From contig NC_068996.1 of assembly GCF_001194135.2 (NCBI RefSeq), positions 49,888,309 to 49,952,041 on the forward strand: DNA of 63,733 nt. Direction: 5' to 3'. This DNA is from Octopus bimaculoides (taxonomy: Eukaryota). Both the position numbers and the translations under genes were made by a program. The notes beneath the pieces are model-generated. The model saw only the letters and a list, made by a program, of their open reading frames with translations. It did not search any database and was not told where the DNA came from. Positions 12,401 through 24,876 of the stretch are shown here, piece after piece; the first letter of the stretch is position 1, and each line of letters starts with the position of its first letter.

Positions 12401-12838
12401 CTAGAAAAAATGAAATAACATGAGAATTATTTATATCCAACAAGGCCAAACATTTCTTAGTTTACTGCTTATGAAGGAAACAGTTTTAGTTAGAACAATC
12501 TGAATAAAATGTAAACATGACTTTAAATAATCTATTTAAAAGATTGACATGTTCAATTTAATGTTTGGTATTTTGGGTAAGTGTTTTCTACTATTAACCC
12601 TCGGTCAACCAAAGCCTTGTGAATAGAACTGGAAACTGAAAGAAGCTTGTCTTAATATGTGCACATATTTATGTGAGTGTCTTTGTGTTGGTGTTTGTCA
12701 CTCACCACTGCTTGACAGCCAGTGTTACATTAACATCTCTGTAACTTAGCAACTGATAGAACTAGTACCAGGGTTGATTTAGAAAATTACTATTTCTAAA
12801 TCTCACAACGAGAGATATTCAGCAACAGTACTTTGGAA

Positions 12839-13200
12839 TAAAGATTGTTTGCCAACATAACATGGAAGTCCTGGTTTAGGACTAATGTTGCTGTAATTTA
12901 GCCCCAGGAGACGCCGTCTCTAGCTGGCTATACGACATGATCTGTGTCCTTATATTTTTGAACAAGGGAATCCTCACTTAGCTCAAAACAATATCTGTGT
13001 ATCGTGATGAAGGGAAATAACCCAGAAATCGCAATACACAGATATTGTTTTGAGCTGAGTGGGGGTGCTAGATTCCCTTGTTTAAAAATATAAGGACACA
13101 GATCGTATTGTATAGCCAGCTGGAGACAATGTCTCCTGGGGCTAAATTACAGCAATATTTGTGCTAAACCAGGTCTGTCCTGTTATGTTAGCAATCTTTA
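12839..13200. mobile_element. Fold-back/MITE-like element with long inverted arms in kibra intron 3
   Basis: Arms from TAAAGATTG...GATATTGTTTTGAGC pair over about 160 bp around a short core. The element is nested in a SINE. Confidence 0.85.
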
Positions 13201-13209
13201 CTCCAGGGT

Positions 13210-13470
13210 TGATTTGTTGGACTAAACTTTTAAGGTAGTGCTCCAGCATGGCCACAGTTCAATGACTAAAACAAGTAAAAGATAAAAGATATACTGGGAT
13301 TGTTTCGTTCAACTAAAACCCTTCAAGGTTGTGCCTCAGCATGGCCACAGTGCAATGACTGAAACAAGATAAAAGATATACTAGGATTGATTTGTTCAAC
13401 TAAAACCCTTCAAGGTGATGCCCCAGCATGGCCACAGTCCAATGACTGAAACAAGAAACAGATAAAAGAT
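13210..13470 (+). repeat. Tandem array of a 93-bp SINE-3'-end unit
   Basis: Three units with periods 93 and 87 bp. The same unit and GATATACTGGGATT junction recur near 50700-50880, 51470-51720 and 60550-61290. Confidence 0.85.
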
Positions 13471-14700
13471 CATGCTGATATGGGCTGGATGGATTCTCAC
13501 ACTCCAAATCACTTCTTGTTGTTGGGAGTTACTGCTTCCAAAGACTGGCACTCATAATATGTTGACTTTGGTATGATTTCTACAGCTGGGTGTCCTTCCT
13601 ATTGCCAAATGCTTCACAGGGTGAATTGGTTGTATTTTCTTGTGGCACCAACACCAAAGATGTTGAATAACCCTGAGCAAGACAGGACTAACAGAATATC
13701 TCACAACTCTATGCCCTCTCTGCACATTTTCCAACCACATTAAGTGTGCACTAGGTGCATTAAGTGTGCATTTTGTGGTATCAACACTACAGAGGTTGCC
13801 TCAGTCAACAATCATCCATAGGGGGAATGTGAAAGGAGGAGTCCATTGTGGTACCAGCATAGGTGCAGGGTGTCATGTACATATTAAAGGTAGAGAGTAC
13901 ACGGCAACATAAGACATATAGACTGAAGAAGGGAATGGGAGACAACAGGGACAACAGTAGGAAGGCTCGAAAGGAATGGCTGTGAGGTCAGTGCAAGAAT
14001 TAATGTATTCTTACATTATATGCAGTATAGTCTTTTATTCTTTTATTTGTTTCAGTCATTTGACTGCAGCCATGCTGGAGCACTGCCTTTAGTAGAACAA
14101 ATCGACCTCAGGACTCATTCTTTGTAAGTCTCTTTCGCCGAACCGCTACGTTACAGAGACATAAACACACCAGCATCAGTTGTCAAGCGATGGTGGTGGT
14201 GGTGGTGGTGGGGACAAACACAGGCACACAAACGCACACACACACACACACATATATACACGATGGGCTTCTTTCAGTTTCCATGTACCAAATCCATTCA
14301 CAAGGCTTTGTTCAGCCTGAGGCTATGGTAGAAGACACTTGCCCAAGGTGCCACAGAGTGGGACTGAACCTGGAACCATGTGGTTGGTAAGCAACCACAT
14401 GGTTCCAAAATAACTCATCTTCCCCACCTCTCTCTCTCTGTGTATATATATATTTTTTTTTTGGGGGGGGGTAATATATATCCCTTCTTAAACATGGATG
14501 TTCTGTGGTAGATACCATGAGAGAAAATCTCGTATTGGCTTTGATGCAAAATGCACTCTTGTTTATATTGCAAGCTGAAAGATAAATCCTCATCAGAGAC
14601 AGATAGATGTATATATATATTTACATGTATATGTATAATGCTGAGCATGCATATTAGCGCATACATGTAAACATGATTTATTATACACTGAAATTATTAT

Positions 14701-14735
14701 TACATGATGAAGGCTGTGAAACAGCTGTAATCCTA
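14701..14735 (+). ncRNA. Highly degenerate hammerhead-like remnant
   Basis: (A)TGATGA-A-GGCTGT-GAAA, palindromic ACAGCTGT, GUA site. C3 lost and stems I/II collapsed. Confidence 0.35.
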
Positions 14736-17463
14736 AGGATGACAAGTGGTTAAATAAATATATCCACCTCTCATACCTCCTTACATTTTATGGTTTATGT
14801 GTGTGTGTGTGTGTGTGCGTGTGTGTGTGTATCAGGACTACAATCATTGTTTAACGTCCACTTTCCATGCTGGCATGAGTTGGATGGTTTGACAGGAGCT
14901 GAATAAGCAGAAAACTGCACCAGACTTCTGTGTCTGTTTTGGCCTGGTTTTTACGACCGGATGCCCTTCCTAACACCAACCACCCCGCAGAGTGCTTTTT
15001 ACATGGCACAAGCACAGGCGAGGTCAGTTTCAGCAGGATATTTACAGCCTGATATATGTGTGTCTGTGTATATTTATACATATATGTATCGAGAGGGGAG
15101 GAGCAAGATGATGATGATGATGATAATGAAATTAGAGTACATTAGTACTATGAACAACTCGTTCAATATATATGAGACAACATACCAGAGTCAAGATAGT
15201 TAACTCTGATCGGTTCAGTCTAGCAAGCTGCATATACATATCACTTGACAAAAATTCCAGTACTGCTGGTGAAGGGTGTAAATAGACACTACATGGTATC
15301 TGTTTGTTACCTTAATGGGCAATATTGTAAATTTAGACAAATGTTCTTGTAATTTAACCCTGACAAATTCAAGCACTGACCATCTGACATTTTTAGGTAT
15401 AGTATATCCTGAATAACAGCATTCAGTATATCAGATTTTTAAAGTGGTTTCAGCAAAATTTTACCCTTCAGCATACAGATTATTGTCAAATGTCATCCTT
15501 ATTCATTCACATTGTTTTGAATTAATCACGCATTATCTCATAGCTTTGAGATTTTTATGATGTGACTGTTTATTTTTAGAATGATATTGTCTGGTAGGTG
15601 TGTGAGGCTGGAACTGATTGGTTAAGACATAAAACAGGTAGAAGAATATTTGGGGCCAGATATGGGCAGTTTAAATACTGAAGGGTTAACAGTTATTTAC
15701 AGCCAGGTCAGTGACCATATAGATGCTACCTTTTAATAAACTGATGAAAATGGTGCTGAAAAACATAGCAGGACTTTGGTAACTGTTTTGTTAGTTGGCA
15801 GTACTAAGTTCATAGCCTCTTGTTGGGTTTAGGAGAGAATGGAAGTGGAAAAGATAAGATTTTATTTTTTCATTCCATCATCAATAATAAAATTGAAACC
15901 CCATCTTACATAGAGGTAAACAATAAAGAAAAAAAATAAAACTTCAAACAAAAAAAATATAAGATCAATATAAAAAATCATTAAGAAATGTGAGACACTG
16001 TGTTATTTTGAAAACTGACCCTAGGAAAAGAAGAACGAATACAGAAATCTATAACAACTGAGCTGCAAGTGGGAGACCAGCTACATTTATTGATGTTTCC
16101 TGTCATCAAATTGTTTGCTTGCTCTGAATTGTTCTAGAATACAGAACCCCTTACTTAGAAAGAGGTAATAGTTGAGAACAGGAAAAGCATCTGACTATAA
16201 CAATCCTGTCTTAAGTACGTTTAGTTATATACAAAATCATTGAAACATTTATTGAAGGGGTAACTCAATACAATTAAGTAGAGTATCACATTTTATTTTC
16301 CCCAGGAAGAGGTTGACAGTAACATCGAAATTTCACCTCTATTAGCTTGAGATAGATTATATATATATATTATCTATTTTGAGTACACAGATACCTCTTA
16401 AAGGAGATGTTAACATCCAAGCTTTGCTGGTTTAATCTTATTTATTGATTTATATATATTTCCTGAGGAAATATTTAATTCAATATTTCAAGATGCAATT
16501 CTTAATTTCTTAATTTGTAATTGATTAAGTTTAGTATGGAAACAAATTGCAGGTTACAGAGAATTTTGACAATATGTAAATAAATTGAATTTTATTGGTA
16601 AAAATTCTCCATTTTCTCCTTATAATATTTCTTATATACATATAGCATCATTATCATCCTTAATCATGTTATATTTTCTTTTCCATTTATGCTGGCAAGG
16701 GTTGGACAGGATTTCTAAGGTAAATAAATGCCATTCGGAATTTTTTGTTTTTCAGTGTGCTAACGATTCTAACAATTCATTGCTTTGGAAGGGTATTTTA
16801 TTATTTTATTTTTGTTTTATTTTTGTTAGTCACTTGTAGTCCAAGAAAGACGATTACGCAATTCTTGCTGAAAAAGTTGCACATATGATTTGTTTCTGGT
16901 GATCAAATGTTTCTACTGTACATTAGCTCAATCCCTCCATCAAAATGACACTATCTGTAGAGGTAGGTGCACAGTGTGCCACATGTCAAGATATTGAAGT
17001 ATTCAAAGAGCAACTCGAAATAAAGTATTTTGTTCAAGAATACAATGATCTGGGAACCAAAACCACATTCCTGCAATCGAGGGTGTAATATCTTAACCAC
17101 ATGACCCCCATATTTTATAGATACCAGAAAAATGGAAGGAAAAGTTGACCTCAGCAGGATTTGAACTCAGAACCCCCTCCAAAAGATAAATTTCATGAGG
17201 CATTTTGTCTAATGTCAAATGATTTTGTCGATCCATCATGTTTACATGTAGAATGGGTATGTTTCTACAATATGAGAATAGGTTATGTTAATGGTTTAAA
17301 TCAAATAGTAAATGCTGGGAATCAAAACATATCATTACCCAGTATGTTTCCAAGATAAACATCAATCTAGTCTTAAGACTGACTGACTGACAATAAATTA
17401 GTTTCTCTAACGACTTGTAAACTTACAGACCAGAATATTAACTTAAGAGAAATATCTGGTTAA

Positions 17464-17694
17464 GGTGACGAGCTGGCAGAAACGTTAGCATGCCGGACGA
17501 AATGCTTAGCAGTATTTTGTCTGTTTTTACATTCTGAGTTCAAATTCAGCCGAGGTCGACTTTGCTTTTCATTCTTTTGGGGTCGATAAATTAAGTACCA
17601 GTTACATACTGGGGTCAATGTAATCAACTTAATCCTTTTGTCTGTCCTTGTTTGTCTCCTCTATGTTTAGCCCCTTGTGGGCAATAAAGAAATA
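17464..17694 (+). mobile_element. Full-length SINE (GAGCTGGCAGAAACGTTAGCA family) with 16-bp TSD
   Basis: TSD AGAAATATCTGGTTAA at 17448-17463 and 17695-17710. Other copies near 20870-21068(-), 22705-22900, 23002-23213, 56231-57090, 57765-57900(-) and 58503-58727(-). Confidence 0.9.
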
Positions 17695-18779
17695 AGAAAT
17701 ATCTGGTTAAAATATTAACACCTCAACCCTTTAGCATTTAAACTGACCATATCCGGCCCAAATATTCTACAAGTTTTAAGTTCAAACTGACTGGTTCTAA
17801 CCTCTCACACCTACCCTACAATGTCATTCTAAAAATAAAAAATCACATCCTTGAAATCTTGAAGTTACAAGATAATGCATGATTAATTTCATAATGATGT
17901 GTTTAAATAAACATTACATTTGATAGAATAATGTGAATGCTAAACGGTTAAATTACAACACACCCAAATGAGTGTAATCTAAGTTACAAAGGAACAGTAT
18001 GTCACACGTAGCCAGTTTATTTCAACAGAGTTTATAATCAAGAATTTGAAAGAATTTAATTTAAATTAACCATTTCCTTGGTATATTAAGTTGGATTTTA
18101 GAATAAATCTTAAAAATGATAGAAGATTTTAATCTAAATGAACAATTCTTTTAAAAACATGTGGTTTAGTATCAAAAATGGATATCAGTTGTGATTGATT
18201 CCTTTCATTGATTAATGCTAAAATCAAGATTAATCCAAAAATTGGTTATATCTGAATGAATGCAATCAAAACCATTCAAAACTAATTCCTAAAGTCTTTT
18301 GATACAAACTCACCTGAGACTCCCCCGTCCCACCCGTGATACAGGTTGCCCATTTTAAAGTGATCTAAATTAAAACCTTCCTTCAAGATTTCATGTTAAT
18401 TTATGTTCCAAGCACCAGCTTAATAATGCCAAAGTTATTTCATAAAATTCATCATTATTTTCAAAGTTAATTGTAACTAAGGCAGTACTTAAAAAGAAAT
18501 GTAACAGAAGAAAAAAGTTGAAACAGTAATGGACTGAAAAAACTGTAGATTTTCATTTGTATAATACAATGCCCCACTCAACCGTGAATAAAAAAAAAAC
18601 TGACAGATTTAAATATCAAAGAAAAAGCTATTCTCCAATATCCATCACTAGTCTATTGTGAAATATTAGCAACTGATTTTACTAAATTACTTCAATTGTT
18701 TGAAGATTAATTACAAAAGTAAGGATTTAAGCTACTTCCAGCTCCTACAATATTGGGGATTTGATACGTTTTGATTCCC

Positions 18780-19140
18780 AGCATTTACTATTTGATTTAA
18801 ATCATTAACATAACTGGTTCTTATATTGCAGAAACACAACACCCATGATTTTCGAAAACATTTTTCCGTGCTTAGAATTGCTGAAACATGGGATAAACTA
18901 CCTGTGTCAGATGTTAGCTGTCAGGACACAACATCCTTCAAAATTGTCATGCTTCCTGAAGTTTGCCAACAGTACACCTGATGCCCCCTCAACTCACCCA
19001 CCTCCCTCCTTTTTTTGTTATTGACTCATTCACTATTCACTTCCTCTGCATTATTCTATGTACTGTTCATGCACTTCTGGTTACTTTTTCTGATGAGTTC
19101 TTGTGCACCTGAGCACTGTATACAATAAGTTCATTATTAT
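18780..19140 (+). mobile_element. CR1/L2-like LINE 3' end fragment
   Basis: RKHFFRA*IAETWDKLPVSDVSCQDTTSFK resembles the FFS.RV...WN.LP..VV......FK C-terminus of CR1/L2-group ORF2. Confidence 0.55.
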
Positions 19141-19335
19141 ATTATCTTAGAAATGAATCTACATTTTATCGCTCTAAGTTTGAAATGTTGCTATGATGCA
19201 ATGATTAAAGAGCAGAACTTCGGCATCAGATTCATAAATGGTAGGCTAAGTTATACAAAGCATTAATATGTAATATAGAACAGACTTTTAGAATATTCCA
19301 AATTTCCAAATAAAAAATTTTTTAACAGTAAATAA

Positions 19336-19612
19336 TCATCATCATCATCATCATCATCATTGTTTAACGTCCGCTTTCCATGCTAGCATGGGTTGGACAA
19401 TTTGACTGAGGACTGGTGAAACCGGATGGCAACACCAGGCTCCAATCTAATTTGGCAGAGTTTCTACAGCTGGATGCCCTTCCTAACGCCAACCACTCAG
19501 AGAGTGTAGTAGGTGCTTTTACGTGTCACCAGCACGAAAACGGCCACGCTCGAAATGGTGTCTTTTACGTGCCAGCTGCACAAGAGCCAGTCCAGGGGCA
19601 CTGGCAACGATC
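19336..19612 (-). mobile_element. Young RTE-LINE 3' UTR copy
   Basis: (CAT)n tail, near-identical to the copies at 27571-27791 and 56302-56484. Confidence 0.85.
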
Positions 19613-19719
19613 TCATGTTAAAATGAAAAAAAAATTGATGGGTGAGATGGAAAGAAAGATGGGAAACAAATAAATAAATAAATAGAGTCAAACAAAGAGA
19701 GAGAAAAGCGAAGACTAAC

Positions 19720-19814
19720 TTCTAAATCTTCTTGAGCTGTAATTATGTATTCTTTCAACATTTCTTGCTGCTTTTCCCTCCATTGTACTCTTGGATCTTC
19801 TAACTGGTTTGTTT
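19720..19814 (-). CDS. kibra: kibra/WWC coding exon 3 (end of WW2, start of coiled coil)
   Basis: (E)TNQLEDPRVQWREKQQEMLKEYIITAQEDLE, 95 nt. TTGCAG acceptor, GTTAGT donor. Resembles KIBRA TTQIEDPRVQW...MLKDYL. Confidence 0.95.
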
Positions 19815-20235
19815 CTGCAACATTCAAATTTCACACATTTCAAAATATGTTAGATACAAAAGCTAGATGATTCTGACATGTTAAATTCAAGCAAAACTTT
19901 TCATTTATAATTTTACTGTTCAAAATTAACTTTAAGCTTAATAGAAGAAATAATTTGTTGCAATTAAAAAAAATCTTTTTTTAATTTCAATAAAAATTTA
20001 AATACCAAGCTCAAGAAACATCTTAATTTATGAACATGTCTTCACTAAACACACAAGCTGAACCTAGATAGGCTAAAGAAGAATGGTTTGAAATACAAAT
20101 CATTGATTATAAACAATGAATAAAAAAAGAAAAAAGCCAAAGGATGACAACACTGAACGTAAACAAGTTAAACATTAATGATCTTTAAAACATATTAAGT
20201 TGTCTTTAGAATTAAAAGAGAAGATAATTTGATTA

Positions 20236-20511
20236 CAGCGTGGAAGGTGTTTATAAGCCATTTACAATAACACACAAAATCCGTTAGATTCACTTCAACA
20301 TTTAAATTTAATTTGTCAAAATATTTTCGTCGCTTTGAGACCGCGACCTGTTCACTGACAAAATTCTGAGATGCAGCACAGAATTTTGTCAGTGAACAGG
20401 TCGCGGTCTCAAAGCGACGAAAATATTTTGACAAATTAAATTTAAATGTTGAAGTGAATCTAACGGATTTTGTGTGTTATTTTAAATGGCTTATAAACAC
20501 CTTCCACGCTG
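20236..20511. repeat. Near-perfect palindrome: 133-bp arms, 10-nt loop, one mismatch
   Basis: Arms at 20236-20368 and 20379-20511, loop AGATGCAGCA. The right arm plus its extension to about 20577 is homologous to 47890-48097. Confidence 0.95.
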
Positions 20512-22929
20512 CAATTGTTTTCGTTCCAGCACACGATCTCAGATCAGGTCACTTGCTATGCAAGTGCATCTCCGTAATAATTTGATTAAAACACTTGATA
20601 TTTTAGTGTATTCTGAGAGGCTGACCAGCAACAAAAAATAAAATAGGTTTTTCAACAATAAAGAAAGAGCATCAACAACAATAATCCACTGTCATTAAGA
20701 GTTAAATATTTAATAACAGAATGGAATTTGTTCTAGTTAAATATTTGATAGCAAAATAAAACTTGTTCTAGTTATTTACGACAACAATGATACAAACTAA
20801 ATTTTTGTTTAGACAATAATTTTTCATTACTATCTCAATATCAGGGCTTGAAAACTTAATGAGATATAATAATGGTTTCACATTTTGGCACAACGCCAGC
20901 AATTTTGGAAGAGGAGTAAGTTTATTTCATCAACCCCCAGTGATCAACTGGTACTTATTTTATTGACCCCAAAAGGATGAAAGGTAGAGGTGACCAGAAT
21001 GTAAAGACAGATGAAATGCCATTAAGCGTTTTGCCAGGTGTGCTAACAATTCTGCCAGCTCGCTGCCCTTTGGGATGTAATAAAGATGCAGCAGAAGAGT
21101 TTTTATCTGCATTTGATCATTATCTACATCAATTTGATCATTATCCACATCAATAACAAAAATATTTCATTTTCAGCTCGAAATTGCACGTGTGTGGATT
21201 TAGCATTTAAAAGGAAAAAATAAATGAATTAACTCTTTAAATTTTAGTTGATTCTGACTGGAAAGAAACTTTACAGTAAGATGCTAATATATTTCTTAAT
21301 AGAAACTAAGACAGGTCTAACATCAGACCAAAATACATGTAAATGGTTATCAGTCCTCAAGAAACTTTACTTTGGAAATTAGTTGTCATGCCAGCATGAA
21401 TTAACAAGAGAACTTATGAATTATGCTTGTAACGACCATATAATTAGAATGGATAATTAAAGCCATATGAAGTAAGTGCAGTAAAAGAAATAATTCTAGA
21501 AGTTTCTCAAGAAAAATTACAGGAACAGAATTAGCAAATATAATCAATATAGTTTTAATTGCAACTAAATTTAGAGATAACTAAAACATCTTTTGTTAAA
21601 AAAAATATATTGAGACAACTTAACTGGGAACAGTTGTAAAGAGATTGATATGGGTGACATCACAACATAAAAGACTGAGGTAGTAGCTAATATTTGTATT
21701 ATTTTTAAATAATCTTTTTATTAAAGCTGCTTTAATTGAAAACTTTTCATCCAAACTTAATTCAAATATTTAAAATTAATGCAGGAAACTTGTAGAAATT
21801 TCAGCAACACGACATGCGAGACTCCAGTGAAATACTGAAAGTAATAAGACATTCATTTCCATTTACTGAGGACACCAACATGCTCTTCATAATGACAACA
21901 TAATTGAGACATGCTACCCAGGTTTGAACATAAAAACATGCTGCAGAATCTAACAAAAGAAATTCACATGCTATTTCAAGTAACTATTTACGTTTCGTTT
22001 TAAAATGATGATTTGCAATCAAAGTAACCATTAGATATTGAGAATTAACTTTGCTGGCTAGAAAGGTGTGCATTAATTAAGCAGTTGTAATATTATGTGT
22101 CCTCCAGATTCTGCTGAAATCAGTATGGCATGACGGTATCTAAAACATTGGTATTTAGAATCGCTGTAGACTGTAGGCTAGTGTATGGTTCAGAGTTGAT
22201 ATCATGCCTTGAAATTATATACAAACATATATATATATATATATATATATACATACATACACACATACACATATGCATATACAAATACATACATGCACAG
22301 ACACAACACATATATATTTATGTATAACTGGCAGAAGTTACAGAGTACAGAGTGGCTCAAGGGCTGAGAATTTTGTGCATTGGCACTTATCAAACTTTGA
22401 TAAGTACCAATAAATGAAACCCTCAGCCTTTGAGTCACTCTAATTTCTCCCGATTATTAATAAAAAGTACGTATTTAGTCATGCTTTTTAAGTTCTATTT
22501 TTCTGTTTGCATCACAAAACCTATATATAGCTACCATCATCATGGAGAGGATTGGACAATTTGATAATGATCCAATAGGCCCAAAGCTGCACCATGCCTC
22601 AATATCTGATTTTGCAGACATAATTCCAAACACCAACCATGAAAAGTACCCAGCATACTGGGTACTTCTTCAGAGCATCATCATCATCATCATTATTAAA
22701 GCAGCAAGCTGGCAGAATTGTTAGCATGCTGGACGAAATGCTTAGTGGTATTTCACCCGTCGCTACGTTCTGAGATCAAATTCCTCCGGGGTCGACTTTG
22801 CTTTTCAACCCTTCGGGATCGATTAAATAAGTACCAGTTACGCACTGGAGTCGATGTAATCAATTTAATCCCTTCCCTCAAATTGGAAGCCTTGTACTTC
22901 CAGTACAAAGGATTATTATTAGTATTATC

Positions 22930-22961
<32 letters not shown>

Positions 22962-22966
22962 TATTA

Positions 22967-22997
<31 letters not shown>

Positions 22998-23525
22998 TAA
23001 GCCGGTGAGCAGGCCGACTAGTTCTCACGCCGTGCAAAGTGCTTAGCAGCATTTCGTCCGACTTTACGATCTGGGTTCAAATTCCGCCGGGGGTCGACGT
23101 TGCCTTTCACCCTTTCGAGGTTGATAAAATAAATACCAGGTACCAATGGAACAGTTGCGGTCGCTCTCATCGCCATATCCCCTCCTCCGAAATTGCTGGT
23201 CTTGTGCCAAAATNNNNNNNNNNNNNNNNNNNNNNNNNNNNNNNNNNNNNNNNNNNNNNNNNNNNNNNNNNNNNNNNNNNNNNNNNNNNNNNNNNNNACT
23301 AGTTGTGAGAAGTTACTGGCTCTGATGATTGCTAATATGGTTAAATTTAAATTTGTTTAATTAAATATATTTACTAGAGAATAATTTCTGGAATTCAAAT
23401 TTTAAAAACATACTTTCAGATTACTAAAAATTATTGTTTTCAGAATGAAAACCAATAATCTGTTTTAAAGAACTTAACATGGTACATATCTCAGTAAAGC
23501 TTTGACATTAAACTTTGATTGTCAA

Positions 23526-23562
<37 letters not shown>

Positions 23563-23950
23563 CAACACTGTTTTATTATTGATTTATTTTATATTTGAAA
23601 TCCAACTAACAGATACAATATCTGAAATTGACAAAGTGCCAGGGGCTTTACCTTTCTTTTGGTCCTTGTGGCAATTGTGGGGAAAAAATTAAAATTTTTA
23701 AAAATATCTTCAAATTAATAGAATATTTTTTTAAAAGAAAATCTATAAATGATCACTTTTGAATATTCAAAAGTGTTATCAGAACAAAAACTCTTAATAT
23801 CATACTCAAAGAACAAACACAAATATACATCTGGAAATAATTTTTCAAAACAAATTCAAAGTTAGAAAAATACAAAAAGTGCAGAAATGAAATCCTGATT
23901 AGCTAGACCTGTAAAACACCATCTAACTAAAAAGAAATACACATATATTT

Positions 23951-24179
23951 TTAACCCTTTAGCATTGAAACAAGCCATAATTGGCTCAAATATTCTATCA
24001 GTTTTATGTTGAAGCCAGCCAGATCCAGCTTCTCACACCTACCCTAAAATGTCATTCTAAAACTAAATAATCACATCAATGAAATCTCAAAGCTCTGACA
24101 TAATGAATGATTAATTGAAAGCAATGAGAGTTAAATAAGCATTACATTTGGCAGAATAACCTGAATGCTCAAGGGTTAA
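23951..24179 (+). mobile_element. piggyBac-type MITE
   Basis: TTAA|CCCTTTAGCATT...AATGCTCAAGGG|TTAA. Related copies near 15355-15688(-), 17725-17950, 49135-49335 and 49625-50122 (the last has a nested insert at about 49737-50025). Confidence 0.8.
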
Positions 24180-24423
24180 AGAACAGTTGAACAAGACAAC
24201 ATTAAAAATATCTTCAAATGCTGAAGTAAAAATATGCAGAGAGAAAAAGCTAGAAAAAAAAACAAAAAACAAAGTTTAGCAAAAAGTTCAGAAATCTTTT
24301 TCATAATATAAGTTAAAGTAAATTTTAAATTCATTCTCATCTTTTGAAATTCACAAATCAAGAATCCATTAACATATGTATCTCATATATATGTACATAT
24401 ATAAAATATAATATATATATATA

Positions 24424-24876
24424 GGCGTAGGAGTGGCTGTGCGGTAAGTAGCTTGCTTACCAACCACATGGTTCCGGGTTCAGTCCCACTGCGTGGCACC
24501 TTGGGCAAGTATCTTCTACTATAGCCTCAGACCAACNNNNNNNNNNGGCACCTTGGGCAAGTATCTTCTACTATAGCCTCAGACCAACCAAAGCCTTGTG
24601 AGTGGATTTGGCAGACGGAAACTGAAAGAAGCCCGTCGTATATATATATGTGTGTGTGTGTGTGTGTATGTATGTGTATGTTTCTGTGTTTGTCCCCCCA
24701 ACATCGCTTGACAACCGATGCTGGTGTGTTTACGTCCCTGTAACTTAGCGGTTCGGCAAAAGAGACCGATAGAATAAGTACTAGGCTTACAAAGAATAAG
24801 TCCAGGGGTCGATTTGCTCAACTAAAGACGGTGCTCCAGCATGGCAGCAGTCAAATGACAGAAACAAGTAAAAGAG
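24424..24876 (+). mobile_element. Long tRNA-derived SINE (GGAGTGGCTGTGTGGTAAG family)
   Basis: tRNA-like head, CCTTGGGCAAGT motif, internal (TA/TG)n, 3' end GAAACAAGTAAAAGAG. Copies near 5250-5710(-), 14040-14400(-), 26000-26350(-), 45240-45620(-), 50405-50880, 51740-52080(-), 53573-53976 and 61230-61590(-). Confidence 0.9.

Noticed and set aside
13210-13470. CRISPR-like array
   Set aside because: Contiguous tandem SINE-derived units without unique spacers, in a eukaryotic context.
19090-19180. CTGATGA as a hammerhead core
   Set aside because: No stem II or stem I pairing with the downstream GAAA. Same for CTGATGA near 14590, 15750, 30184 and 57937.
19406-19427. CTGAGGA-CTGGT-GAAA-CCGG in RTE 3' UTR copies
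   Set aside because: Antisense to the LINE, no room for stem II, no stem I, no valid A15.1-U16.1 pair.
24495-24588. 42-bp direct repeat around a 10-N gap
   Set aside because: An identical sequence on both sides of a gap indicates an unmerged contig overlap.
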